A stretch of DNA of 39,238 nucleotides from positions 1-39,238 of the IMG/VR virus record IMGVR_UViG_3300011013_000033. One strand, given 5' to 3'. This stretch comes from a virus. Taxonomy: Duplodnaviria > Caudoviricetes. Below are positions 31,926-39,238 of this stretch, in pieces (positions within the stretch are counted from its first letter, which is position 1; every line of letters starts with the position of its first letter). The translations under genes were made by a program, and so were the position numbers. The notes under the pieces were generated by a model, which saw only the letters and a list, made by a program, of their open reading frames with translations, did no database searches and had not been told where the DNA came from.

Positions 31926-32960
31926 TTATATATATTTTGCCAAAAGATCAGTAGCATCTTTAGGATTACCACTTTTCCTTAGGCGGTTAAGTTGATCCAA
32001 CCTACTTTGACTAATTTTATCCTCTTTATTAACTTTAACACCTGGTTTAACCACTTTAGTTGGTTTTACAATTTTCTTAGCCAAATTTGGTTTTGGCTTG
32101 TTTAAATTGTTACGATGGATCATACCATCTAAAACCACATCAAACATTCTACTATCATAGATTCCAGAAACTTCTTGATCGTTAAAACCTCTTTCCACTA
32201 AATAGTTTCTCATGTTTGTTTTTAAGGTAGCTCCCTTTATGGGGTCTGCAAAATCAGGATGTTTTAACGCAACCTTTTTTTGTTCTTCCCTTAAAATTTC
32301 CTGAAACTGTTGTTCTTGATGAGAGCGTATCTTTCTTTGAGCTTGTACGATATTTTCTTTTCTTCGTCTTAGCTTTCTCTCAACTTTCGCAGCTTCAGTT
32401 GGGTCCTCATCAAATAATTTATCAAGTTCTTTAGAACTTAACTCACTATTGACTTCAGCGTTTAAAGTCGCTGTAAGAGTATTCAAATCCTCAAATTTGG
32501 TTGAATAGTCTTTTAACAGACGATCTTTGTCAGAAGCAATTTGCCTTCTTTCAATGGCAAGTTCTTCTGTCTTTCGTCTGTAGTCGGCATCTTTTTGATA
32601 ACCTGCTTTTAGTTCATCAAGGTCAACTTCAATCTTTTCACCATTTACAATTATTTGGTGTAGTGGAGTTTCTTGAGTTTCTTCAGCGTTTTCCGCTTCA
32701 GATGCTTGTACTTGATCTTCAACTTTCTGAGGTTGTTCCTCAGTTTGAGTTTCCGATTGTTGTTGATCTTCAGATTTTTTTTCAGAAGTTTCCTTTTCAG
32801 GTTTAACTTCTTCTTTCTTTGTATCAACTTTGTCAGCTTTTTTCTCTTGAGGTTCATTAGTTATCGGTTCATTAATTTTCCCCTGATCTAATAATCCCTC
32901 AACAGCTTTAGCTGCACCTTGCATTGTCCTATTAGACAATAGTGGATTTGCTTCAGACAT
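31926..32960 (-). CDS. Capsid scaffolding protein
   Basis: Acidic N-terminus, VNGE..EV.LDEL..GYQ..ADY.RKT.ELA, coiled coils. Confidence 0.85.
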   Translation of the reverse strand: MSEANPLLSNRTMQGAAKAVEGLLDQGKINEPITNEPQEKKADKVDTKKEEVKPEKETSEKKSEDQQQSETQTEEQPQKVEDQVQASEAENAEETQETPLHQIIVNGEKIEVDLDELKAGYQKDADYRRKTEELAIERRQIASDKDRLLKDYSTKFEDLNTLTATLNAEVNSELSSKELDKLFDEDPTEAAKVERKLRRRKENIVQAQRKIRSHQEQQFQEILREEQKKVALKHPDFADPIKGATLKTNMRNYLVERGFNDQEVSGIYDSRMFDVVLDGMIHRNNLNKPKPNLAKKIVKPTKVVKPGVKVNKEDKISQSRLDQLNRLRKSGNPKDATDLLAKYI

Positions 32961-32975
32961 ATAGTCCTCCTTTGT

Positions 32976-33000
32976 TAAGCTCCCATTATGGGTTGGCTTA
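32976..33000 (-). promoter_or_regulatory. Bulged hairpin adjacent to the scaffold RBS
   Basis: Minus strand TAAGC-CAA-CCCAT-A-ATGGG-A-GCTTA, then ACAAAGGAGG. Confidence 0.45.
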
Positions 33001-33021
33001 TCCTAACCTTGATGATTAGAA

Positions 33022-33309
33022 TTATTTTTCTTTGTTATTCTGGAAATTAGACAATTGTTTTTCTGCTAATTTTCCAGTTTCAAGAATCTCTTTAAAATGC
33101 TGCTCTACTTTTCCTAGAACCTGATAGGCTATCCATAATTTTTCTCTAGCCTCATTTTCATTTACAGATGTTCTATCTAGTAAAGCCTCAGAATAAATTT
33201 TTTTAAGAGTTTCAAAAGACTCTTTAAAAAGTTCATTCTGTAATATCTGTTTCGCCTGAGATGATCTGCTCAATTCCTTGAGCCTCTTGTCTTGGTCTCT
33301 GCTGTCCAT
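33022..33309 (-). CDS. Small conserved protein between portal and scaffold (start revised to 33309)
   Basis: MDSRDQ..., A..IL.N.LF, RE.LW..Y, ETGK.A. Confidence 0.75.
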   Translation of the reverse strand: MDSRDQDKRLKELSRSSQAKQILQNELFKESFETLKKIYSEALLDRTSVNENEAREKLWIAYQVLGKVEQHFKEILETGKLAEKQLSNFQNNKEK

Positions 33310-35449
33310 TTTTGTTTTCAAACTGTTCGGTGAACATATTAGCACTTTTCTCTGCTAGTTCAAGGTTTTTAGAGCCTTTAGCAATTATAACCCTATCTAA
33401 TTCAGCTTCTGCTTTAAGTTTTGTAGTATCTAATTGTGTATTATATTTTAAAGCAATATCTTTAATTTTAGCCTCAAAGTCTAATAATGTATCTTGATGT
33501 TTTTGTTCTAGCTCTTTGTATCTTAATTCTATATCTGCAATTTTTCTCTTATTCTCTGCATCAATTCTAGCCATTTCAATTTTTTCAATTGGAGTAATTT
33601 CAGGAGGAGGAGGAGGAGACATTAATTTCTGACCTTTAATTGGATCAATAAAATAACTTCCAACAGTCTGTAATCCTGCGTTTTCAATAATTTTAGATAA
33701 AGTGTTATAAATATTTTTCATAGTAACCATAGGATAATCCCTTCTTCCCTGAAGTTCAAAAGCCTGTAGTTGTTTTTGTAAAATATTATTTAACATTACT
33801 ACTTGTTGTTCTTTTGTGCCTGTGCCTAAACCAACAGTAATAGAAACATTAAAACGATCTTTCCATTCAGTAGGCAATACTGGAATGTACTCATTGTTTA
33901 TTTGAATAATTTTTTCCTTATCTTGATACTTAACTGATAAAGCAAACATTTTTCTAAATAAATCTTTAACACCTGTTTCAGCAAAAATTCTTGCAATCAA
34001 TTCTGATCGCATTTGCGTTTGATTCATTATTGCACTAATTCCAGTTGCTGTTTTGTTTAAACTTTCTGAATCTAAACCTTGATTGTATTTTGTAACACCA
34101 GTTCTAACTTCTCTAACTTGATCTAAGTATTCTAATAATGGAAATGCTTGTTGAGAAATTGGTTGAGCTTGTATAGGCTGCATAACTTGATTAGGTGGTT
34201 GTTTAGTTCTTACAACACCTCCAGGTCTAGTTGTTAATAAATCATCCATGTTCACCATACCATCCATGATCGCAACTCTATTATTATTTGTTAAATACAT
34301 ATTATCTAACAATTGTCTCATTACAGTTGATTTCATTAATTGTATATCCTCAACTAATTCTGCAACTGATCTACCATAAAATCTGTGAGGCATAGGAATT
34401 GGTGTAACTGAAACAAAAGGAATTTGATCGCATGGCATATTTTCTAAAATTTGATATGCACTAGAACCTACTGAAACTACTTTTCTAAGTTCAGCAATAC
34501 CATCACCATCATAATCATAACGAATATAATTTTCATAAATTTGTATTCTTTGTGTAGAAGGATCATTAGAAGTATCATAAGGATAATCTTCTATATTTCT
34601 AAATCTTGCTAATTTTTCTGTATTTAAAATTGTAGAATCTGAAGTAGGTAAGTTATAAACTTCTTCTTTGCTATAACCCATTTCAATTAATTGTGTTCTT
34701 GTAAGTTGAACTCTGTGAGCTACATAGTCTGCATCTTCTAATCTAACCGCAGCTTTATCAATTAAAAATTCTTCTGGTGGAATAGACTCAACTTTAATTT
34801 TTCCTTTCTTTGCAGTTCTTTTAATTTTACAATCATGTAATTTAGGAGTTGGAATATCCATATCCATTCCTTGAGCAGCCATTTGATCTTCAAGCTCATC
34901 AATTGCTTTATCTGCTTGAACATCCTCCTTAACTTCATCTTCTAAAATTTCTACTTCAGGACTATCAATTAAAACTTTATATTCTTCATCGGTTAAGTTT
35001 TTATAAGTTTCATGTTCTACTTCTTCTGTTTCATCGTAAAAAACTTTTAAGACCCCATTCTTTTCTATAAGAGCATCTTTAAAAAAATTATATAACAAAG
35101 TAAAACCATCATTCTCTTTGTAAAAAATATGATTCAAATAAGCAGTTGCTTGATCTGCTAAAGGTTCATCTTCAGCTTTAACTGGTTCGCAACGAACCAC
35201 CTTATCAGAGGATGTAAAGACTCTAAGTAAATTAGGTAATAAACTTTCTATAGTGTCAGCTACATCTGTGCTAACAACTTGGCTTCTTCCAGCCATTTCA
35301 TTTCCTAATTTATCTCCTTGATAATACTCTAATGATTTTTCTCTTTGATCTGAAAGTAATCCTCCTAAGTAACCAATAGCATTATTGATTTGTCCTTGAA
35401 GAATACTTCTTAATTTTGGATCGTCTAATACTTGAATTTTTTTTGCCAT
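33233..35449 (-). CDS. Portal protein
   Basis: GRSQVVS.DVAD, FFKDAL..K.G, PPEEF, P.PHRFYG.S, LLDN.Y, RIFAETG, VGLG.G. Confidence 0.9.
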   Translation of the reverse strand: MAKKIQVLDDPKLRSILQGQINNAIGYLGGLLSDQREKSLEYYQGDKLGNEMAGRSQVVSTDVADTIESLLPNLLRVFTSSDKVVRCEPVKAEDEPLADQATAYLNHIFYKENDGFTLLYNFFKDALIEKNGVLKVFYDETEEVEHETYKNLTDEEYKVLIDSPEVEILEDEVKEDVQADKAIDELEDQMAAQGMDMDIPTPKLHDCKIKRTAKKGKIKVESIPPEEFLIDKAAVRLEDADYVAHRVQLTRTQLIEMGYSKEEVYNLPTSDSTILNTEKLARFRNIEDYPYDTSNDPSTQRIQIYENYIRYDYDGDGIAELRKVVSVGSSAYQILENMPCDQIPFVSVTPIPMPHRFYGRSVAELVEDIQLMKSTVMRQLLDNMYLTNNNRVAIMDGMVNMDDLLTTRPGGVVRTKQPPNQVMQPIQAQPISQQAFPLLEYLDQVREVRTGVTKYNQGLDSESLNKTATGISAIMNQTQMRSELIARIFAETGVKDLFRKMFALSVKYQDKEKIIQINNEYIPVLPTEWKDRFNVSITVGLGTGTKEQQVVMLNNILQKQLQAFELQGRRDYPMVTMKNIYNTLSKIIENAGLQTVGSYFIDPIKGQKLMSPPPPPEITPIEKIEMARIDAENKRKIADIELRYKELEQKHQDTLLDFEAKIKDIALKYNTQLDTTKLKAEAELDRVIIAKGSKNLELAEKSANMFTEQFENKNGQQRPRQEAQGIEQIISGETDITE

Positions 35450-35450
35450 A

Positions 35451-36719
35451 TTAAATTACATAACTTGTATCAATTGCAACTTGTTTTTTCCAGTCTGTTA
35501 CCTTGCCACCAATAAAAGTACACCCTGTTCTAAAAGCATCAGCAGGATGACTTGCAAAATTATGGGTCGGTCTATTTTTGAAACATTGATTTTTCTCATC
35601 CCATTTTTTTTGGTAAGCCTTCAACGCTTCAACACCCTGATAAGTCTTGTTTTTGTCAAAGTAGCATTGGGTCAAAGTCTTTCTTACAATTTCAATTCCA
35701 TCTTCAATTGCAAGTTTTGGTGCTATGTCAAAAGATATACCTAATTCTAAGGCAGATTCCAACCTTGATTTCCCATAAGCTCCTAATTCCCTTACTTTTA
35801 TATCATGTGGAGCTATATGTCTATCATATTTATAGCCTTTTGAGTCTAATACATCTGCATAGAAGTCTAATCCTTCTCCTGAGTTTTCATAATAGTCTAT
35901 AACTCTTAAAAAATCTCTATGCCTTTGGACAAACCAAATAGCTGTTGAATCTTTAAGACCTAAATCCCACCATGTTTCAGTCGGTAAATTTTCATCATAA
36001 GGAACTTCAGTAATTCTTTTTTCAATTTGCATTTCTTCTATGATTTTTCCATAATATGAGCCAGTAATTGCAGCTTGAAACGAACATTCAAACTCTTGAT
36101 CGTACAAATCCTTTGACATAATGGACTGTGCCGCCTCTAATTCTTCATCATCTAGGATTTTAGTTTCTGATGCTTTAAAAACTCCTGTCCACCACCCCTT
36201 CTCATCCTCTGATTGTTTGTGTAATTGGTAGAAATAATTTTGCCCTTTAGGAGTTCCTATGAATATGCACCAACCTTTCCTATCTGCTAAGGCTGGTCTA
36301 ATAATTTCTGGAAATAATGCTGGACTAATGTTCTGAGTTTCATCAAATATACACCCATCTAAAAATATACCCCTTAACGCCTGGTCGTTCTCTGCTCCTA
36401 AAATTGTAATCCTTGCTCCATTTGGAAAATCACACCTCAATTCTGATTCATTGAATTTTATAAAAGGAATATTCTTAGTATAATTTTTAATATAATCCCA
36501 TGCTGTAGATTTACCTTGTTTAAATGTTGGCGAAATAAAGGCATATCTTGGATTTGGTATGGGATTGGTTAAGGCTGCCCTAATTAAGTGATTAATACAC
36601 ATTACAGTCTTGCCAGACCTCCTATGTGCAACTATTACATTGAATCGGTGCTTAGGGATTTGTGTGTGCAAAAATTTTTGTAATTGTCTTGGGCTGTATG
36701 GAATGACTATTTCTGGCAT
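35451..36719 (-). CDS. terL: Terminase large subunit
   Basis: HRRSGKT Walker A, LRG..LDG..FDE Walker B, IGTPKG, WDLG..D, H.ADAFR nuclease motifs. Confidence 0.95.
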   Translation of the reverse strand: MPEIVIPYSPRQLQKFLHTQIPKHRFNVIVAHRRSGKTVMCINHLIRAALTNPIPNPRYAFISPTFKQGKSTAWDYIKNYTKNIPFIKFNESELRCDFPNGARITILGAENDQALRGIFLDGCIFDETQNISPALFPEIIRPALADRKGWCIFIGTPKGQNYFYQLHKQSEDEKGWWTGVFKASETKILDDEELEAAQSIMSKDLYDQEFECSFQAAITGSYYGKIIEEMQIEKRITEVPYDENLPTETWWDLGLKDSTAIWFVQRHRDFLRVIDYYENSGEGLDFYADVLDSKGYKYDRHIAPHDIKVRELGAYGKSRLESALELGISFDIAPKLAIEDGIEIVRKTLTQCYFDKNKTYQGVEALKAYQKKWDEKNQCFKNRPTHNFASHPADAFRTGCTFIGGKVTDWKKQVAIDTSYVI

Positions 36720-36738
36720 TTAAAACAAAACCCCCATA

Positions 36739-36936
36739 CTAATGAATAGTCGTATTTGGTGGGATTTGCAAGGGGTCAAAAGGTGTAAATGTTTCTATTC
36801 CTAACTCATCAACCATAAACCTGCTGAAGTCATGTGCTTGTTCATAGTTCTGAAATCCTGAAAAATGTATGCTTACAGTTTGATGTTTCTCACTAACAAG
36901 AATTATGGCAGAAATATGTTTTTTAAAATTATCCAT
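36739..36936 (-). CDS. Small hypothetical protein between terS and terL
   Basis: ORF track; ends TTIH. Confidence 0.65.
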   Translation of the reverse strand: MDNFKKHISAIILVSEKHQTVSIHFSGFQNYEQAHDFSRFMVDELGIETFTPFDPLQIPPNTTIH

Positions 36937-37260
36937 AGGTCGTTTTTTAATTTAACTATGTGTACCTCCTAATAACGCTAACGCAGGATCGCAAAAAACT
37001 TCGCTGGTGGGTTGCATTTAAAACCCCCACTCTAGCGTTAATTGAACAAGTTTAAGTTTGTTCTGATAGTCCTCTACTTATCGGTAACAACAGAAGCTAG
37101 AAATTTCTGGACCTAAACTGATATGGTTCTAGTTTGAGTTGTTTTTTTTCTTTTTTATTCTTTTTCTTTTTTGTCTTTCCCTTTTCTATAAAGGTGCAGG
37201 CAACTTTACAAGAAAAGGTAGGAGCAACAACACCAAAAGATCTTGAGTTTATTATCTTTT

Positions 37261-37680
37261 TTATTTATCAGACCATTTAACTATTAATGGTTTATCACCA
37301 TTAAAGCCAACATTTACCTGTGATTTTGGGTTATATTTAGGTAATAAAGCAGATGATTTAAACTTAATTAAGCCTATTATTTCTTTTTGTAGGTTAGATA
37401 TTGCAAGACTTGCCCTTTGATTTGGATTATCTTTTAAGTCTAATATTGATTGTTCTAATCTTTCTATTCCATTATCAAGAATATAGTCTATTCCATCCAT
37501 TTTGGCTTGATTATATTTTTCTCTTGTTTTATCTCCTTTTTTATCACATTTAAGCAAATGCTTTCTGAACCCTTCCCAGCTCAAACCTTTATCTTTTAAA
37601 GCTGACTTAATAGATTTACCCAAAGCTAATTGCTCAAAAAGTTCACTACATATTTCAGATGTAAATTTGATATTATTCAT
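37261..37680 (-). CDS. terS: Terminase small subunit
   Basis: N-terminal HTH (LA.GKSI......SW..FR), Y..AK..G, L.PKY, C-terminal PL.VKW; upstream of terL. Confidence 0.75.
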   Translation of the reverse strand: MNNIKFTSEICSELFEQLALGKSIKSALKDKGLSWEGFRKHLLKCDKKGDKTREKYNQAKMDGIDYILDNGIERLEQSILDLKDNPNQRASLAISNLQKEIIGLIKFKSSALLPKYNPKSQVNVGFNGDKPLIVKWSDK

Positions 37681-37700
37681 AATATATTTTTTTTATTATT

Positions 37701-37725
37701 GCTATTGACAATTGTCTATTGACAA
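37701..37725. promoter_or_regulatory. Tandem CTATTGACAA repeats at the late/early divergence
   Basis: Copies at 37702-37711 and 37716-37725 around the palindrome GACAATTGTC. Confidence 0.6.
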
Positions 37726-37786
37726 TATATTAATTGGTTAATGTTTAATTTATACATAATAAAACAACAAAAAGAAAGGGTTTAAA

Positions 37787-38149
37787 ATGAGTAAATTACA
37801 TCATACGAAGTACAAAGAAAACTACAAAAAGTATATTCTTGGTACTATTGAAACTGGAATAAATGATGAACCATTAAAAACAGAAAAAGAAAAGATTAAT
37901 TATATTTTTGATCGTTTCAATTCTGAACATGGTTTTATGGTTGAAAGAGTAGGAAAACAAAAAGCAATAGCTGAATGGTTGAGTGGTTTGGCTTTAGATA
38001 TAGAATATTATTATGATGATATTGTAAATCTAGCTGTAAAAATGGGTTCAATAGATCCTAATCCAAGCGATCAATTAAGGTCTAAAGTTGAACAAAATTA
38101 TTGGTTATTTATGGCTAATATAATTATGAGCTTTGAACCTAAAAAATAA
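37787..38149 (+). CDS. Early hypothetical protein
   Basis: GAAAGG RBS; first gene of the plus-strand early operon. Confidence 0.8.
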   Translation: MSKLHHTKYKENYKKYILGTIETGINDEPLKTEKEKINYIFDRFNSEHGFMVERVGKQKAIAEWLSGLALDIEYYYDDIVNLAVKMGSIDPNPSDQLRSKVEQNYWLFMANIIMSFEPKK

Positions 38150-38153
38150 TTAT

Positions 38154-38191
38154 ATGCTATTGACAAACAATAAATACAATGCTATTGACAA
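38154..38191 (+). promoter_or_regulatory. Tandem ATGCTATTGACAA repeats / early promoter
   Basis: Exact 13-mer at 38154-38166 and 38179-38191. Confidence 0.65.
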
Positions 38192-38213
38192 TTAAAAGAA
38201 AGGATAAAATAAA

Positions 38214-38378
38214 ATGGAAGGAACATTAACAATTATAAAATGGTTAGCTTTATTGTTCAGCTCATTAATGGGCATGATGTTAGCTGTTGGATCAGAATAC
38301 ACAACAACTGGACTTGTTTTGTTTTTTGGTTGCTTTTTAATTTTTGCTGTAGATGTAGCAAGAAATTTTATTGATTAA
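38214..38378 (+). CDS. 54-aa two-TM membrane protein (not in track)
   Basis: GAAAGGA RBS; MEGTLTIIKWLALLFSSLMGMMLAVGSEYTTTGLVLFFGCFLIFAVDVARNFID*. Confidence 0.75.
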   Translation: MEGTLTIIKWLALLFSSLMGMMLAVGSEYTTTGLVLFFGCFLIFAVDVARNFID

Positions 38379-38391
38379 AGAAAGGAAAACA

Positions 38392-38523
38392 ATGATTAAA
38401 AATATATTAAACTTTTTAGATTATGTTTTATTCCTAATAATGATTTATTTTTGTTATTTAGGTTTAAAATATGCTCCACAGATTGAGCAATTAATAATTG
38501 AATTAAAAGGGGGTGTAATATGA
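38392..38523 (+). CDS. 43-aa single-TM protein (not in track)
   Basis: GAAAGGA RBS; MIKNILNFLDYVLFLIMIYFCYLGLKYAPQIEQLIIELKGGVI*. Confidence 0.75.
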   Translation: MIKNILNFLDYVLFLIMIYFCYLGLKYAPQIEQLIIELKGGVI

Positions 38524-38720
38524 GTAATAATACTTATGGCATTGTTTCTGGACCTGACAACATTTATACAGATGTATCAAGGACCTTAAAAGGTGCAAAA
38601 AGATATGCAACAAATAGAGGATATGACAAAGTTGGAATTAGATATAATTCTGGCTATCATTGTTCAGTTGTTGCTATAAAAATAAATAATAAATGGACCA
38701 AACTAAAAAAGGGGGAATAA
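38520..38720 (+). CDS. Early hypothetical protein
   Basis: DVS.TL.GAKRYAT..GY motif; ATGA overlap. Confidence 0.75.
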   Translation: MSNNTYGIVSGPDNIYTDVSRTLKGAKRYATNRGYDKVGIRYNSGYHCSVVAIKINNKWTKLKKGE

Positions 38721-38762
38721 TGAAAAAATATAGTGAAAAAAGAAAAGGAAGATAAAAAAATT

Positions 38763-38888
38763 ATGAGCTATTTGGAATTTAAACTAATGAAAGAAATGGC
38801 TTATGAGAGTACCTATGGCAAAGATGAAGAAATAAGAAAACAATATAATGACTATGTTACAAAAGAAAGGAGCAAAAATGAAAAGTAA
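38763..38888 (+). CDS. 41-aa early peptide (not in track; start could be GTG 38733)
   Basis: MSYLEFKLMKEMAYESTYGKDEEIRKQYNDYVTKERSKNEK*. Confidence 0.6.
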   Translation: MSYLEFKLMKEMAYESTYGKDEEIRKQYNDYVTKERSKNEK

Positions 38889-39063
38889 AGAAGTAATAAG
38901 AAGAATAGTAGCAAATATATATTGGAGTTTAAAAAGAGATTATAAAGACATGGAACTACAAGATATATATTATGATGTTGGGTTGGTAGTTGGGTATTGT
39001 CAAGCAATAGATAGAGCAGATATTTCACATAAAATATATAATAACTTTATGGAGTGTAAATAA
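38878..39063 (+). CDS. Early hypothetical protein (start revised)
   Basis: AAGGAG RBS before ATG 38878 (MKSKEVIRR). Confidence 0.7.
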   Translation: MKSKEVIRRIVANIYWSLKRDYKDMELQDIYYDVGLVVGYCQAIDRADISHKIYNNFMECK

Positions 39064-39077
39064 ACCACATTATAATA

Positions 39078-39140
39078 ATGATTGAAACATTAATAATTAT
39101 TGAGCTTGTTTTAATAGGAATTTATTTAATCAATCAATAG
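39078..39140 (+). CDS. 20-aa hydrophobic peptide (not in track)
   Basis: MIETLIIIELVLIGIYLINQ*; fills the gap exactly, no clear RBS. Confidence 0.45.
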   Translation: MIETLIIIELVLIGIYLINQ

Positions 39141-39152
39141 AAAGGAAAAATA

Positions 39153-39238
39153 ATGACAGTTGATATAGGAAATAAATGCGTAGCTTGTTTAAAAGATACA
39201 TCCTTTGGATCTGGTAGGTTTGTTAATAGAATACCAGC
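39153..39238 (+). CDS. Zn-ribbon-like early protein, truncated by the window end
   Basis: GAAAGGA RBS; MTVDIGNKCVACLKDTSFGSGRFVNRIP... Confidence 0.7.
   Translation, partial: MTVDIGNKCVACLKDTSFGSGRFVNRIP

Larger units (their letters stand above)
1..39238. mobile_element. Near-complete podovirus genome, HTVC010P-like pelagiphage
   Basis: terS-terL-portal-scaffold-MCP-tail-ejection-lysis order, low GC, no tape measure or sheath gene, no DNA polymerase, alphaproteobacterial-type XRE protein. Confidence 0.85.

Noticed and set aside
31904-31972. 23-aa N-terminal extension of the capsid protein in the track
   Set aside because: Overlaps the scaffold gene; AGGAGG supports ATG 31903
1168-35902. 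Other antisense or overlapping track ORFs (e.g. 1168-1353, 6705-6914, 7527-7853, 8518-8796, 9424-9660, 10211-10567, 14107-14331, 27343-27642, 32501-32891, 35481-35902)
   Set aside because: Lie opposite or within well-supported genes and have shadow-like composition
37062-37110. Hammerhead ribozyme
   Set aside because: CTGATAG does not match the CUGANGA core and the required stems with GAAA are not evident
38720-38762. Possible frameshift in the A6 run joining ATG 38720 to the 38763 ORF
   Set aside because: Downstream GTG/ATG starts with an AAGGA RBS explain the ORF; cannot be separated from a homopolymer error without reads
39153-39238. Window may be a closed circle (end joins base 1)
   Set aside because: Joining puts the terminal CxxC ORF out of frame with the open frame at 1-123 and supplies no second Cys pair; no terminal repeat seen, so some sequence is probably missing
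1-39238. CRISPR array, tRNA, rRNA, integrase, DNA polymerase, stop-codon recoding
   Set aside because: No repeat-spacer pattern, cloverleaf or catalytic motifs seen; TAA, TGA and TAG all terminate well-supported genes

Overview
Near-complete genome of an AT-rich (roughly 30% GC by eye) tailed phage. Gene content and order fit an HTVC010P-type pelagiphage (podovirus of SAR11-like marine Alphaproteobacteria); this assignment is inferred from protein motifs and synteny, not from a search. A long minus-strand late region (37680 to 7312) runs terS, terL, portal, scaffold, major capsid, head-tail and tail proteins, a tail fibre, three paralogous Gly-rich fibre proteins, four 2OG-Fe(II) dioxygenase-fold genes, ejection proteins, a PD-(D/E)XK nuclease, a lysis module and very basic peptides. 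Plus-strand early genes (37787-end and 1-289) are small. The segment 381-7152 holds a divergent switch at about 3107-3183. Leftward are a HExxH metallopeptidase, a nuclease-like protein, a fifth dioxygenase and a wHTH initiator-like protein. Rightward are an exonuclease/annealing/SSB-like trio and two HTH regulators. I found no DNA polymerase, primase, integrase, tRNA, CRISPR array or reverse transcriptase. The main unexplained signal is two intergenic copies of the palindrome TTAGAAT-N-ATTCTAA, matching the alphaproteobacterial Irr iron-control element. One fills the spacer of a predicted promoter pointing antisense at the phage XRE regulator, which suggests a host-iron-sensing phage circuit. 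About 18 small ORFs missing from the supplied track were translated by hand. The two window ends do not join into a sensible gene, so a piece of the genome is probably missing.
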